The notes below the pieces were generated by a model. That model was not told where the DNA came from. It worked only from the letters and a program-made list of their open reading frames with translations, and ran no database searches. From Nitrospirales bacterium (GTDB lineage Bacteria > Nitrospirota > Nitrospiria > Nitrospirales > UBA8639), in NCBI GenBank assembly GCA_965223295.1, contig CBDCWC010000003.1, positions 1,728,001 through 1,792,000 on the forward strand: 64,000 nucleotides of DNA, read 5' to 3'. Of this stretch, positions 28,523 to 37,836 are shown piece by piece. The translations under genes were made by a program, and so were the position numbers. How positions within the stretch are numbered: position 1 is the stretch's first letter; each line of letters starts with the position of its first letter.

Positions 28523-30826
28523 ATGAAGAGTTCTTCTGTCATTGATCGTCCGGCTTCGGTCCAAGAACCTGAGCTGGAAGATCAACCTCTGAAGCAAGAT
28601 ATCCCTCCGCCTCCTTCCTCTTCTTTTTGGACGAAAGTCGATCTCACAACGCGCCAGATCGTGATGTTTGTAGTGTTGGCCGTATACCTGTTTTATTTGG
28701 GCTACCGTGTGCTCTATACCTTAAATCCTGAAGCTTTAGGGTTTTCTCTCTTATTTTTATACGCAGAAGCTCATGCCTGTTTGGCGTTGGCTTTGTATTT
28801 TTTCCAAATTTGGAATCCAACTACTCGGATTCTGCCTCCTGCCCCCCGGAATTTGACGGTAGATATTTTGATTCCGACCTACAATGAGGATCTCGAGATT
28901 CTGCGAAAAACGGCGATCAGTTGCTTGGGTATGGCCTATCCGGCGCAGGTGTTCTTTCTGGATGATGGCAATCGATTAGAGCTTGCCCATCTGGCCCAAG
29001 AACTTGGGTGTGGGTATCTCAAGCGGGAAAAGCCCACTCAGGCAAAAGCTGGCAATCTCAATCACGCTTTGTCCCTCACAACGGGAGATTTTGTGGCAGT
29101 CTTTGATGCCGATTATGTTCCTCATCCCACATTTCTTGAGCGAACGTTAGGATATTTTCAAGATTCGAACGTGGCGTTTGTTCAGACTCCTCATAGTTAT
29201 TATAACGTGGATTCTTTTCAATTCTGGATAAACTCCAAGAAACGTGACAAATGGAATGAGCAGGATGCGTTCTACCGTTTCATTATGCCGGGTCGTGATC
29301 ACTGGAATGCCGCGTTTTTTGCCGGGACTTCCGCCGTCATTCGGCGTGAAGCGTTAGAAGAAATTGGTGGTTTTGCCACCGATACTATCACAGAAGATGT
29401 GGAAACCAGCGTTCGTCTGTATTCGAAAGGCTGGAATGGTGTGTATCACAATGAGGTCCTCTCACATGGGCTCGCGGCCAGTGATCTAGCCTCATACCAT
29501 CAACAAAAATTGCGATGGGCTGAAGGCAACATCAATCTCCTGTGGTCCGAAAATCCCTTCTTCAAAAAAGGGCTGACGCTGGCTCAGCGCATTTGTTTCT
29601 TTGCGACGATTTTTGGTTGGTTCGTGGGCATCCCCGAAACGATCTATTTTTCAACCCCCGCCATCATGCTATTGACGGGATGGTATCCCATTGATCCCTT
29701 TGATTGGCAATTTCTCATAGTCTATCTGGTGTATCTCAGTGTGTTGGTCGGTGGGTTTAAATACGTGAGTCGAGGGCACGGGAGAATTGGCTTTAATAAT
29801 CTCTACAACATGACCAATTTTTTTGTGCTGGTGAAAGCCGTTTTAAAAAGTTTCTTGAAAATCAAGTCTGGGTTTTTGGTCACACCCAAAGGACCTGGAG
29901 AAGAGGTAGAGCTGAGAACCATCATGCCACAACTATGTTTGACCTTATTGTGTCTGGCAGGAATGTGGTGGGGTGCGTTGAATGTGTTCTATGGGCTGAC
30001 GGGGGATTATTTCATTTACTCCATTGGTATTTTTTGGGCAGGTGTGAACGCGGCGCTAGCCATCAGTGTCATTCGGAAGACGACCACGGCATGGTATGAC
30101 CGAAAAAAATTCAGATTTATCGGTGCGGTACCTATTCAATTTGCGAGGTCCACAGGTTCGCATATTGGGGTGAGTCGAGATATCAATGAATCTGGAGTGT
30201 CACTCGAAACGTTTGAAACATTGGAAATGAATGAATCCGTGAACCTCACGGTGCATTTGGGACCACATGTAGTTCGTATACAGGGATCTGTGGTGTATGA
30301 ATTTGCTGAAAAACCTGATCAGCCGCTGCCTCAACCCCTTCGTGCCTATGGCATACGGTTTCATGAACTTTCTCGGATGGATCAAGACATCATTCAACAA
30401 TTTTGCTTTCATCTCGTGTTGCCAAAATATTTACATCATTACGCGCAACGCGATACGTGGGGGCAACGCTTGGCCGATTGGTACGCGAATCGTAAACGGT
30501 TTCGAAATCGAGAGTACCGCCGTTTGGTCACGCTGCCTTGTCAAGTGTCCGGTATGTTTTCTTTTTACACGGTGGTGAATGATCTGAGTCAAACTGGAGT
30601 GGCGTTTGTTTCTTATCAATCCTTCGAAGTTGGCCAACGTCTTCAGATTGACATCTTTACCCATGAAGGCAAAGTCCCAACGGAGATTGAAATTCGAAGT
30701 TGTCAAAATATTCCTCCGGGCTATGCCCACTTGATCGGAGCGAAGTTTATGGAACTTATCCACGACAAGACCCATCCGTTGTTCCCCTATATGCCGTCGC
30801 AAAAAGGGACTGTGATTTCATCATGA
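28523..30826 (+). CDS. bcsA: Cellulose synthase catalytic subunit-like GT2 with two PilZ domains
   Basis: DILIPTYNE, DDG, AKAGNLN, FDAD, QTPH, TED, QKLRW; two PilZ signatures (RKKFR..DINESG; REYRR..DLSQTG). Confidence 0.88.
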   Translation: MKSSSVIDRPASVQEPELEDQPLKQDIPPPPSSSFWTKVDLTTRQIVMFVVLAVYLFYLGYRVLYTLNPEALGFSLLFLYAEAHACLALALYFFQIWNPTTRILPPAPRNLTVDILIPTYNEDLEILRKTAISCLGMAYPAQVFFLDDGNRLELAHLAQELGCGYLKREKPTQAKAGNLNHALSLTTGDFVAVFDADYVPHPTFLERTLGYFQDSNVAFVQTPHSYYNVDSFQFWINSKKRDKWNEQDAFYRFIMPGRDHWNAAFFAGTSAVIRREALEEIGGFATDTITEDVETSVRLYSKGWNGVYHNEVLSHGLAASDLASYHQQKLRWAEGNINLLWSENPFFKKGLTLAQRICFFATIFGWFVGIPETIYFSTPAIMLLTGWYPIDPFDWQFLIVYLVYLSVLVGGFKYVSRGHGRIGFNNLYNMTNFFVLVKAVLKSFLKIKSGFLVTPKGPGEEVELRTIMPQLCLTLLCLAGMWWGALNVFYGLTGDYFIYSIGIFWAGVNAALAISVIRKTTTAWYDRKKFRFIGAVPIQFARSTGSHIGVSRDINESGVSLETFETLEMNESVNLTVHLGPHVVRIQGSVVYEFAEKPDQPLPQPLRAYGIRFHELSRMDQDIIQQFCFHLVLPKYLHHYAQRDTWGQRLADWYANRKRFRNREYRRLVTLPCQVSGMFSFYTVVNDLSQTGVAFVSYQSFEVGQRLQIDIFTHEGKVPTEIEIRSCQNIPPGYAHLIGAKFMELIHDKTHPLFPYMPSQKGTVISS

Positions 30827-31239
30827 ATCCAGGGATTGCATTATTAAGAAATAGGTGGATGTTGTTGATCATGATTGGAGGATATTTAGTCCTCATCTGG
30901 GGTGTGTTTGTGCTAGTGAACCATGAAGACATCGTTCGGGCTGATTTGCTTCTTTCTCCCACGACCTTGAAGGAGCCGGATGTTGTGGACATGTATCAGG
31001 CATTTGAACGGCAAGATGAGTGGGTTCAAGATGATGTCATGTTAATGCGACTGACCGAAGCGTTAATCCATCAGGGAAAGACCCGAGAGGCGCGGAAAGT
31101 CAGCCAACAACTATTGCTGAGGAACCCAGAGGACCAAATTTTGCGATTCCAAGTCGCATTGGCGTTACATAATGCGGGGCTCTATGAAGAGGCGGAGGTC
31201 CATTTTTCCATTCTTTTAGAGGAGCGAGGAGAGAAATGA
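30823..31239 (+). CDS. Membrane-anchored TPR protein
   Basis: ATGA overlap with bcsA; one TM helix; TPR (VALALHNAGLYEEAEVHF). Confidence 0.75.
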   Translation: MNPGIALLRNRWMLLIMIGGYLVLIWGVFVLVNHEDIVRADLLLSPTTLKEPDVVDMYQAFERQDEWVQDDVMLMRLTEALIHQGKTREARKVSQQLLLRNPEDQILRFQVALALHNAGLYEEAEVHFSILLEERGEK

Positions 31240-31760
31240 ACGACACAACAACGAAACACTGTGTGAAAGTGACAACGTGGATTGGTGTGAGTGTATTGGT
31301 GATGGCGTTGGGTATTACGACAGTCCCGCATGCCGTGATCGCCAAAGACCTAGACGATCAATTTATGATGTTGATGGCTGCACGGAATGCGGCCAAAGCC
31401 AAGAAACATGAAATGGCGATTGCCCGATACCGGAAATTGCTCAAGATGCCAGGAACCCATGTGAAAGCCCGATCAGAATTGGGATGGGAACTGCTGAAAG
31501 TGGGGAAATATAAAGAAGGACAACGGCAGTTTGAAGCCGTGCTGAAAGTAGATCCGAAAAATGCCAATGCGCTTCGTGGACGACTAGAAGGAGTTCGAAA
31601 GACTAACAATAAAAAAGTGGAATATGAGGTGCTGGCGCAACTGGTTAAGCTGTCTCCCAAAGATCGTGAGTTACGAAAACAGTTAGCGGTGGCCTTGCAT
31701 AATCAAGGAAAATATGACGAGGCAGAAAAACATCTTTCGATTTTAATGGGAGAGAAGTAA
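31236..31760 (+). CDS. Secreted TPR protein
   Basis: Signal peptide; several TPR motifs. Confidence 0.8.
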   Translation: MNDTTTKHCVKVTTWIGVSVLVMALGITTVPHAVIAKDLDDQFMMLMAARNAAKAKKHEMAIARYRKLLKMPGTHVKARSELGWELLKVGKYKEGQRQFEAVLKVDPKNANALRGRLEGVRKTNNKKVEYEVLAQLVKLSPKDRELRKQLAVALHNQGKYDEAEKHLSILMGEK

Positions 31761-31766
31761 CAAGCC

Positions 31767-34700
31767 ATGAAAATGTGCTTTCCACATATGCTGGTGTTGT
31801 ATCTCTTCTTTCTGTTGGGGGCCGGGCAAGGGGTGGAGAATGTTCGGGCCCAGGAGAAAACTCTCTCAGATGAGGCAGAAATATTGCTTCTGGGCGCGCG
31901 GAATGCGTTGAAGGCAGGATATCTTGATAAAGCTCTGAGACGTTATCAAACGTTTGTGGAGCGCTATCCAGGCATGGTGGAAGGCCATCAGGAATTAGGA
32001 TGGTTGTTAATTGAACAAGGAAAGCGGGAGGAAGGATTAGCCCAATTGAAACGAGGCGGCCTGGACACTCGGGATCTTGTGACCGCTCAGGTGCAAACTG
32101 TTGATATCTTACTGCAGGAGAGACGTTTTCAAGAAGCCTATCGTGAAATTGAAAGGTTGTTAGAAGAAACTCCAAATGACAAGACTGTTCAGGTGAAACT
32201 TGCTAACTATTATGTTCATCGGCGACGCCTGCCCCAGGCCCAGCGGCTCTATGAGACCTTATTGGGAACCTCGGTAGACAAAGAGAGCCGGATGGGATTG
32301 GTGAACGTGGCATTAGCACGAGGCAATCTAGAATCGGCCACTCACTATCTTGCAGATCTTCACCAACAATTTCCTCAAGATCCGTATATCCAAAAACAAC
32401 AGGTGTTGTTATGGGGACGAGAAGGACGTATTGATTCTGCGTACAGGGGACTCGCCCAGATGACGCTAGAACCTCTGCGTAAGTTGACTGAAGCAGAACT
32501 CTTGAATGTCACGGGGCAGTACTATTCTGCCGAGTCGCAGTTTTCTGAGCTGGTGACTGAACAACCTGGTCATTATGCCGCCATGATGGGGTTGGCCTAT
32601 GCCTATGTCGGGCAACATGATGACGCGAAAGCGGCTGAGGCTTTACATTCTGTACTGGAAAAATTTCCTGAAGATCTGGAAGCGCGGTTGGCGCTTGTCG
32701 AGATTCTCACGTATCAGCGTCGTTGGGAAGCGGGAAGGGAAATGCTGTCACCGGTCCTTCAAGAAGAGCCTGATGTCCTAGAAGCTATCTATCTGGACTA
32801 TCAATTGAATGACCGGGTTTCGTCTTCAGGAAAAAGGAGAGTCTCACCTTCCGCCCGTCATTGGTGGAACGATACTATTCATGACTCAGAAGAAGCTATT
32901 CGAGCAAAACAACAATTAGCTCGATTTGAGGATCTGCATGGTATCCGTGAAGTTTCCGCTCCGTTTCTTCGGGAAGCCCCTCTGTCAACCTCTCTCTTAT
33001 CACAGTGGACTCGAGCCATGATTGTGACGGGCCGTTCACCAGAGGGTCTCAAACGTCTTCAGTCACATCAGGAGCAATCGAGCCAGGACGTGAGATTGTC
33101 CAGAGCGACATTTCATGCACATGAGGGAGAAGATTCCGATGCGATGGCCTTACTCGAAGATGTTTCTCCTACCGTCGAGAAAGGACACCTCTATCAACAA
33201 TTAGGGGACTGGGAGCAGGCAGAACAGACCTTCTCGGCTATTATCCAAAAAGATGCAAAACATACCAGAGCACACATTGGCAGAATCACCAGTTTAGCTA
33301 TGATCGGCGAGGAGTCAGCTGCACAAGATGCGTTGCAGCAACTCTTTGAAGAATGTCCGGAACAAGGCTGGCCGGCCCTGGCCGCGCTGTTGGTGTATGC
33401 AGAAGGCTCGAGTTCTTCATATCAATCCATGCTACAGACTGAATTCAACGCGCGAGGGTTAGATGATGAGCCTGAGAGTTTGGACACTCGATTACGGTAT
33501 TTGGCCTTGTTGAGCCGACAAAAGGAATATGCTGACGTTGTTCAGCAGTATCAGGCGCTGAATCGCGACAACCCTCAACGTCCGGACTTGGTTCTAGGGT
33601 TGGCTCGAAGTCTTTCGCAAGATCAGAATTCACGAGCCATGCATGAATCGCAGCCTGTTGTTGAGGCCTATGACCACTACCTGGCGTTAAAGCCGTATGA
33701 TGTGGCGGTGTGGACAGAAAAAGCGAGATATCTTGGATGGCAGTCCAAGTATTCTGAGGCAGAACGGGAGTATGAGGCAATCCTGGCGCAGTATCCCCAT
33801 GAAGACGTCGTGAGGTTAGAACTCGAAGGTAAGCAAAAGTTTTGGCGAAGACACGACCGCATGGCCTATCAACGATATCGGGAAGTGTTGGAGCTTCGCC
33901 CTCAACATGAAGAGGCTCTTAGTGACCTCGGCCAAATTCATAGCGCGGCATTTCGTTTTGAGGATGCTCGACCCTATTACCGAAGACTGCTGGCAGGAAA
34001 TCCCGGCCATCGGCTTGCGAGCGAATCGTTAGAACTAACAAACATTTTTGCCCCCCCTCAAATCACGGCAGGGATTGGGTACGTCAAGATGGATGGGTTT
34101 GATGGTTCATTGTTGACCAAATACATGCCCGTGACTGGCGAGGTGTTCGCCCCATTTTCACAAGATTTTTGGGCGGGAGTAGGCTATCAATGGGTGAAGT
34201 TTGATATACCTGGGAAACCTTCTTCGGCCAATATTGGGCGGGTCATGGCTAGATATTCGCCTTCGCCGTTTTGGCATATTGATGGCTATGTGGGTGGTTT
34301 GAAGTACTCAGGCACCAACAAATCCAATGTGAATTTTGGAGCAGGCGTGTCGTATGAATGGCAGTCGGGGTTGAAGGGCCGAATTGAAACGGGCAGGCAA
34401 GATCTTTGGCAGAACGCCGAGACGATTCGGCGAAACCTGTCGTATCATTCATATGCGGTAGGGGCAGAATACAACGTGACCAAAGAATTAGAACTAACCG
34501 CTGGAGCAGGCTTCTGGGATTATTCCGATGATAATTGGAACGTGAACGGACAATTTTCAGGCACGTATTCGTTGCTGCCGTTTCCTCATCCACTTCGGGT
34601 CACCTATCAACTGGACACATTTGGTTTTGATGAGAAGAGCGTCTATTTTTCTCCAGAGTTCTTTGCCAAAAATACCTTTGCGATCGGGTGGCAACATTTT

Positions 34701-35009
34701 CTTGGGTTCCCCCGTCGTAAGGAACATCACGGAGAGTCGCCCATGAGGAATCGATATTCCGGGACGGACATTGGACAATATTTGGGCTGGCCGATACGTC
34801 CCGTGTATTTGCCCAAGACAGCTTTAAATGCGTATTCATTGGATTATGGGTTCTCTGTTGATGATGAAAACAATCTCTATCATCAAGTGTCAGCGTCGTT
34901 TGCCTATGCGATCACCAAACGATGCCATCTCCATGCCGTTGGCATGATCATTCGGGCGGATGTGGTGGACCAGGATTCTGTGAATGGATTTTTGCAATGT
35001 CATTTATAA
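31767..35009 (+). CDS. TPR plus C-terminal beta-barrel polysaccharide export protein (BcsC/PgaA-like)
   Basis: Signal peptide, about 750 aa of TPR-like helices, then aromatic/Gly-rich amphipathic strands; lies between bcsA and the GH8 gene. Confidence 0.75.
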   Translation: MKMCFPHMLVLYLFFLLGAGQGVENVRAQEKTLSDEAEILLLGARNALKAGYLDKALRRYQTFVERYPGMVEGHQELGWLLIEQGKREEGLAQLKRGGLDTRDLVTAQVQTVDILLQERRFQEAYREIERLLEETPNDKTVQVKLANYYVHRRRLPQAQRLYETLLGTSVDKESRMGLVNVALARGNLESATHYLADLHQQFPQDPYIQKQQVLLWGREGRIDSAYRGLAQMTLEPLRKLTEAELLNVTGQYYSAESQFSELVTEQPGHYAAMMGLAYAYVGQHDDAKAAEALHSVLEKFPEDLEARLALVEILTYQRRWEAGREMLSPVLQEEPDVLEAIYLDYQLNDRVSSSGKRRVSPSARHWWNDTIHDSEEAIRAKQQLARFEDLHGIREVSAPFLREAPLSTSLLSQWTRAMIVTGRSPEGLKRLQSHQEQSSQDVRLSRATFHAHEGEDSDAMALLEDVSPTVEKGHLYQQLGDWEQAEQTFSAIIQKDAKHTRAHIGRITSLAMIGEESAAQDALQQLFEECPEQGWPALAALLVYAEGSSSSYQSMLQTEFNARGLDDEPESLDTRLRYLALLSRQKEYADVVQQYQALNRDNPQRPDLVLGLARSLSQDQNSRAMHESQPVVEAYDHYLALKPYDVAVWTEKARYLGWQSKYSEAEREYEAILAQYPHEDVVRLELEGKQKFWRRHDRMAYQRYREVLELRPQHEEALSDLGQIHSAAFRFEDARPYYRRLLAGNPGHRLASESLELTNIFAPPQITAGIGYVKMDGFDGSLLTKYMPVTGEVFAPFSQDFWAGVGYQWVKFDIPGKPSSANIGRVMARYSPSPFWHIDGYVGGLKYSGTNKSNVNFGAGVSYEWQSGLKGRIETGRQDLWQNAETIRRNLSYHSYAVGAEYNVTKELELTAGAGFWDYSDDNWNVNGQFSGTYSLLPFPHPLRVTYQLDTFGFDEKSVYFSPEFFAKNTFAIGWQHFLGFPRRKEHHGESPMRNRYSGTDIGQYLGWPIRPVYLPKTALNAYSLDYGFSVDDENNLYHQVSASFAYAITKRCHLHAVGMIIRADVVDQDSVNGFLQCHL

Positions 35010-35095
35010 CCGGGAGTCGCAACCTTTTCTGGTTGATATTGTAGCATGTGTTGGAGACAGATAGGTTCGTGTTCTCTCTGCTTGGGTGCGCTTGT

Positions 35096-35283
35096 GGGAG
35101 TGTTGAATAGTAAAGATATCAAACGCCATACTTCGCAATGGAGCCCTTGGCGTTCAACAGCGTCGGGTCTGTTCAAAAAAGTCCGTCCAGCAAGGCCACA
35201 GCCATTTTCGCGCGTGGAGCGTACTGGTCCTACGTGAGCACGGAAAAAGGGCGAAAACGCTGGCGGCTTTTTTCAACAGACCC
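35096..35283 (+). mobile_element. MITE, short variant
   Basis: GGGAGTGTTGAA...TTCAACAGACCC; flanked by CTTGT on both sides. Confidence 0.88.
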
Positions 35284-36532
35284 CTTGTCTATTGTTGCCT
35301 ATCTCAGAACGTTGTGGTTTTTTCTGCTTCTCTTGACTTTTTTGGTGTTGACTAGCTGCCACTCGTCACGACCTATGCTGCCGATTAACACTTTGATTCC
35401 CTTGGCTTGGGAAGGCTATCAACAGCGGTTTATTAATGCTGATGGACGAGTGTTCCGGCCGTTCAATCAAGACGATACGGTGTCTGAGGGACAGGCCTAT
35501 GCATTGCTGATGGCGGTGGTGTTGGATGATCGTCAGACGTTCGACCGTGTATTGAATTGGACGACCACACATCTCTCTAGATACCAAAAATTTGGTGATC
35601 ATCTTTTAGCGTGGCATTGGGAAGTGGAGAAGGGTGTGACGGATTGGAACAGCGCATCTGATGCGGAAGTGGATTTGGCGTTGGCGCTGCTCTTAGCATG
35701 TGCACGCTGGGAGGATGAAACGTATCGTACGCAGGCTTTCCTTCTTCTCCAAGATATTCTGGACCTAGAGACCGAAGTTATTATTGGCGATGAACGGTAT
35801 CTCATGCCGGGTAATTGGCGTTTGGGTCACAAGATTCATCTACTGAATCCATCGTATTTTTCTCCTGCGCACTTTCGGTTGTTTTATCAGGTCACTGGTG
35901 ATGAACGGTGGAACGAGCTTCTTCGGAGTACCTATGCCTTTTTGCATCGATTACCGCTTCAGGAGATTGTCCCGGTTCGGGCTGGGTTAGTTCCAGATTG
36001 GATCGGTATTGATCCCCAAGGTAACCTAAAAATTACTGAAGGATTTTCTCAACATGTCACTTGGGATGCAGTGCGAATGCCATGGCGGGTTTCCCTTGAT
36101 GTGTTATGGGGGCAAGGACCGTGTGGCCATGATACGGTCTCAGGTTTGGAGCATATACGGAGCATCACGGACTTTTTGGCTCAAGAATGGGATGAACGGG
36201 AAGGTCAATTTTTTCTGGAATACGGTCTCGATGGGAACCCCATCAAATTTGAAGAACAGGTAGGTGCGTATGCGATGGCTTTGCCAGCGTTACAGAGCTT
36301 GCAGTCGAGTCTTACTACAGGAGTCATGAACAAGATACAAGCATTGTTTTATGAGGAGGGGCAATATTTTCAGAATGCCCAGGATTACTATCAAAATAGT
36401 TTAAGTCTCTTAGGCCTTTTGTCCCTTCAATCAGCCAGTACTCAGGGCTTGCCCTCTTTAGTTCATGAACTCCAGAACTATACTCAGAATGACATCACAC
36501 TCTGTGCCAGCCGGACGAACTCTTTACGGTAG
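35138..36532 (+). CDS. bcsZ: GH8 endoglucanase, probable lipoprotein; start uncertain (ATG 35138 lies in the MITE, TTG 35285 is an alternative)
   Basis: TVSEGQAY, LLAWHW, NSASDA, NPSY, WDAVRMPW; lipobox LTSC. Confidence 0.88.
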   Translation: MEPLAFNSVGSVQKSPSSKATAIFARGAYWSYVSTEKGRKRWRLFSTDPLSIVAYLRTLWFFLLLLTFLVLTSCHSSRPMLPINTLIPLAWEGYQQRFINADGRVFRPFNQDDTVSEGQAYALLMAVVLDDRQTFDRVLNWTTTHLSRYQKFGDHLLAWHWEVEKGVTDWNSASDAEVDLALALLLACARWEDETYRTQAFLLLQDILDLETEVIIGDERYLMPGNWRLGHKIHLLNPSYFSPAHFRLFYQVTGDERWNELLRSTYAFLHRLPLQEIVPVRAGLVPDWIGIDPQGNLKITEGFSQHVTWDAVRMPWRVSLDVLWGQGPCGHDTVSGLEHIRSITDFLAQEWDEREGQFFLEYGLDGNPIKFEEQVGAYAMALPALQSLQSSLTTGVMNKIQALFYEEGQYFQNAQDYYQNSLSLLGLLSLQSASTQGLPSLVHELQNYTQNDITLCASRTNSLR

Positions 36533-36580
36533 GCCAAAACCTTTCCTGCGTCCTACAGGTTCTCTCACAATCCTAAGAGG

Positions 36581-37564
36581 TCATGGTTTTCGAGCGAGCG
36601 CCAGGCTGATGAGTTGGTCGGGGTCGGTATACCATTTGACCAATTCAAATCCTGCGGTGTTGAGGAGATTCTCAGTCAAGGGGCGATCATACTTAGTGCT
36701 AAGTTCGGTACGAATTTCTTCGTCTTTTTTGAGCAGCACAAAGAGGTCAAGTTCTGGGATATCAAGGGTCTGTTCCTGGGTTGATCGTAACCACATTTCA
36801 ATCCGATGTGCATCTGAGTTGTAGCGCGCAACATGCTCGAAATTGTCTGGGTTGCATTGGGCGCCCAGTTGGGTCTGTAGGACTCGAAGAATATTTTTAT
36901 TGAATCTTGCCGTAATACCCTTTTGATCATTATAGGCGGCTTCTAATCGGGCAGAGTCGGTGATGAGTTGTACTCCTAATAGGAAATAATCCCCTGAGGC
37001 CATTTCGGTGTTCACCGCCGTAAGAAAATCTTCAGCAGCGAGAGTTGGGAGATTGCCGATGGTCCCTCCCAAAATTACGACTAGCCGTTTACCGCCTTCA
37101 GGAATATGTTCAAGGTGAACTAAAAAGTCTCCCGCGACACCATGGACCTGAAGCCCAGGATATTCCTTCACAAGTTCTTCGGAGACGCGGCGCACAATGG
37201 TTTCATCCACATCAAATGGAATGAAATGCCGGAGTTGGCCCACCTCGGTCATCGCGTCTAGCAAGACGCGGGTTTTGGTTGCGGCCCCTGATCCCAATTC
37301 AACAAGTTCCTCGGCTCCACTCAGGGCAACGATTTCATCAGCCCACCTGACTAGCAATTGGTGCTCAGTCCGTGTTTGATAATATTCCGGCAATTCGCAA
37401 ATTTGTTCGAAGAGCGTCGAACCCCGTTCATCGTAGAAAAGTTTTGATGGCAAGGTTCTTGGATTGGCAAGGAGGCCTGTTTTGACGAGATCCCCCAATG
37501 TCTCGGGTTTTTCTCTCGTGATGGGTACGTCGATCGTAATTGATGCCTCGGTTTTTGAATCCAT
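36581..37564 (-). CDS. egtD: L-histidine N-alpha-methyltransferase
   Basis: LPSKLFYDERGS.LFEQICELPEYYQTRTE, ELGSG, GGTIGN, AAYND..GITARFN, RIEM.L. Confidence 0.95.
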   Translation of the reverse strand: MDSKTEASITIDVPITREKPETLGDLVKTGLLANPRTLPSKLFYDERGSTLFEQICELPEYYQTRTEHQLLVRWADEIVALSGAEELVELGSGAATKTRVLLDAMTEVGQLRHFIPFDVDETIVRRVSEELVKEYPGLQVHGVAGDFLVHLEHIPEGGKRLVVILGGTIGNLPTLAAEDFLTAVNTEMASGDYFLLGVQLITDSARLEAAYNDQKGITARFNKNILRVLQTQLGAQCNPDNFEHVARYNSDAHRIEMWLRSTQEQTLDIPELDLFVLLKKDEEIRTELSTKYDRPLTENLLNTAGFELVKWYTDPDQLISLALARKP

Positions 37565-37836
37565 ACATTCCTCCCTGGTTCGAGAACAACCGAATCTAGT
37601 GAGATAAATATTTCTGTTAACGGCTTGTGATGAACGTGTTATGTACGTTCAGATGTTGATAAGCAGATTCCTTCTTAATACAAAGGAAAAGCGAATGAGA
37701 TTGGAATAGGGAAGAATGAAATAGGAAATGATGGGAACACTATACTGGGCATGATCCATGGATGCAACCGACAATCATGATATGACCACTCAAATAATAA
37801 GACAGATGAATCGTAAAAACGTGAATGGTTGCTGGG

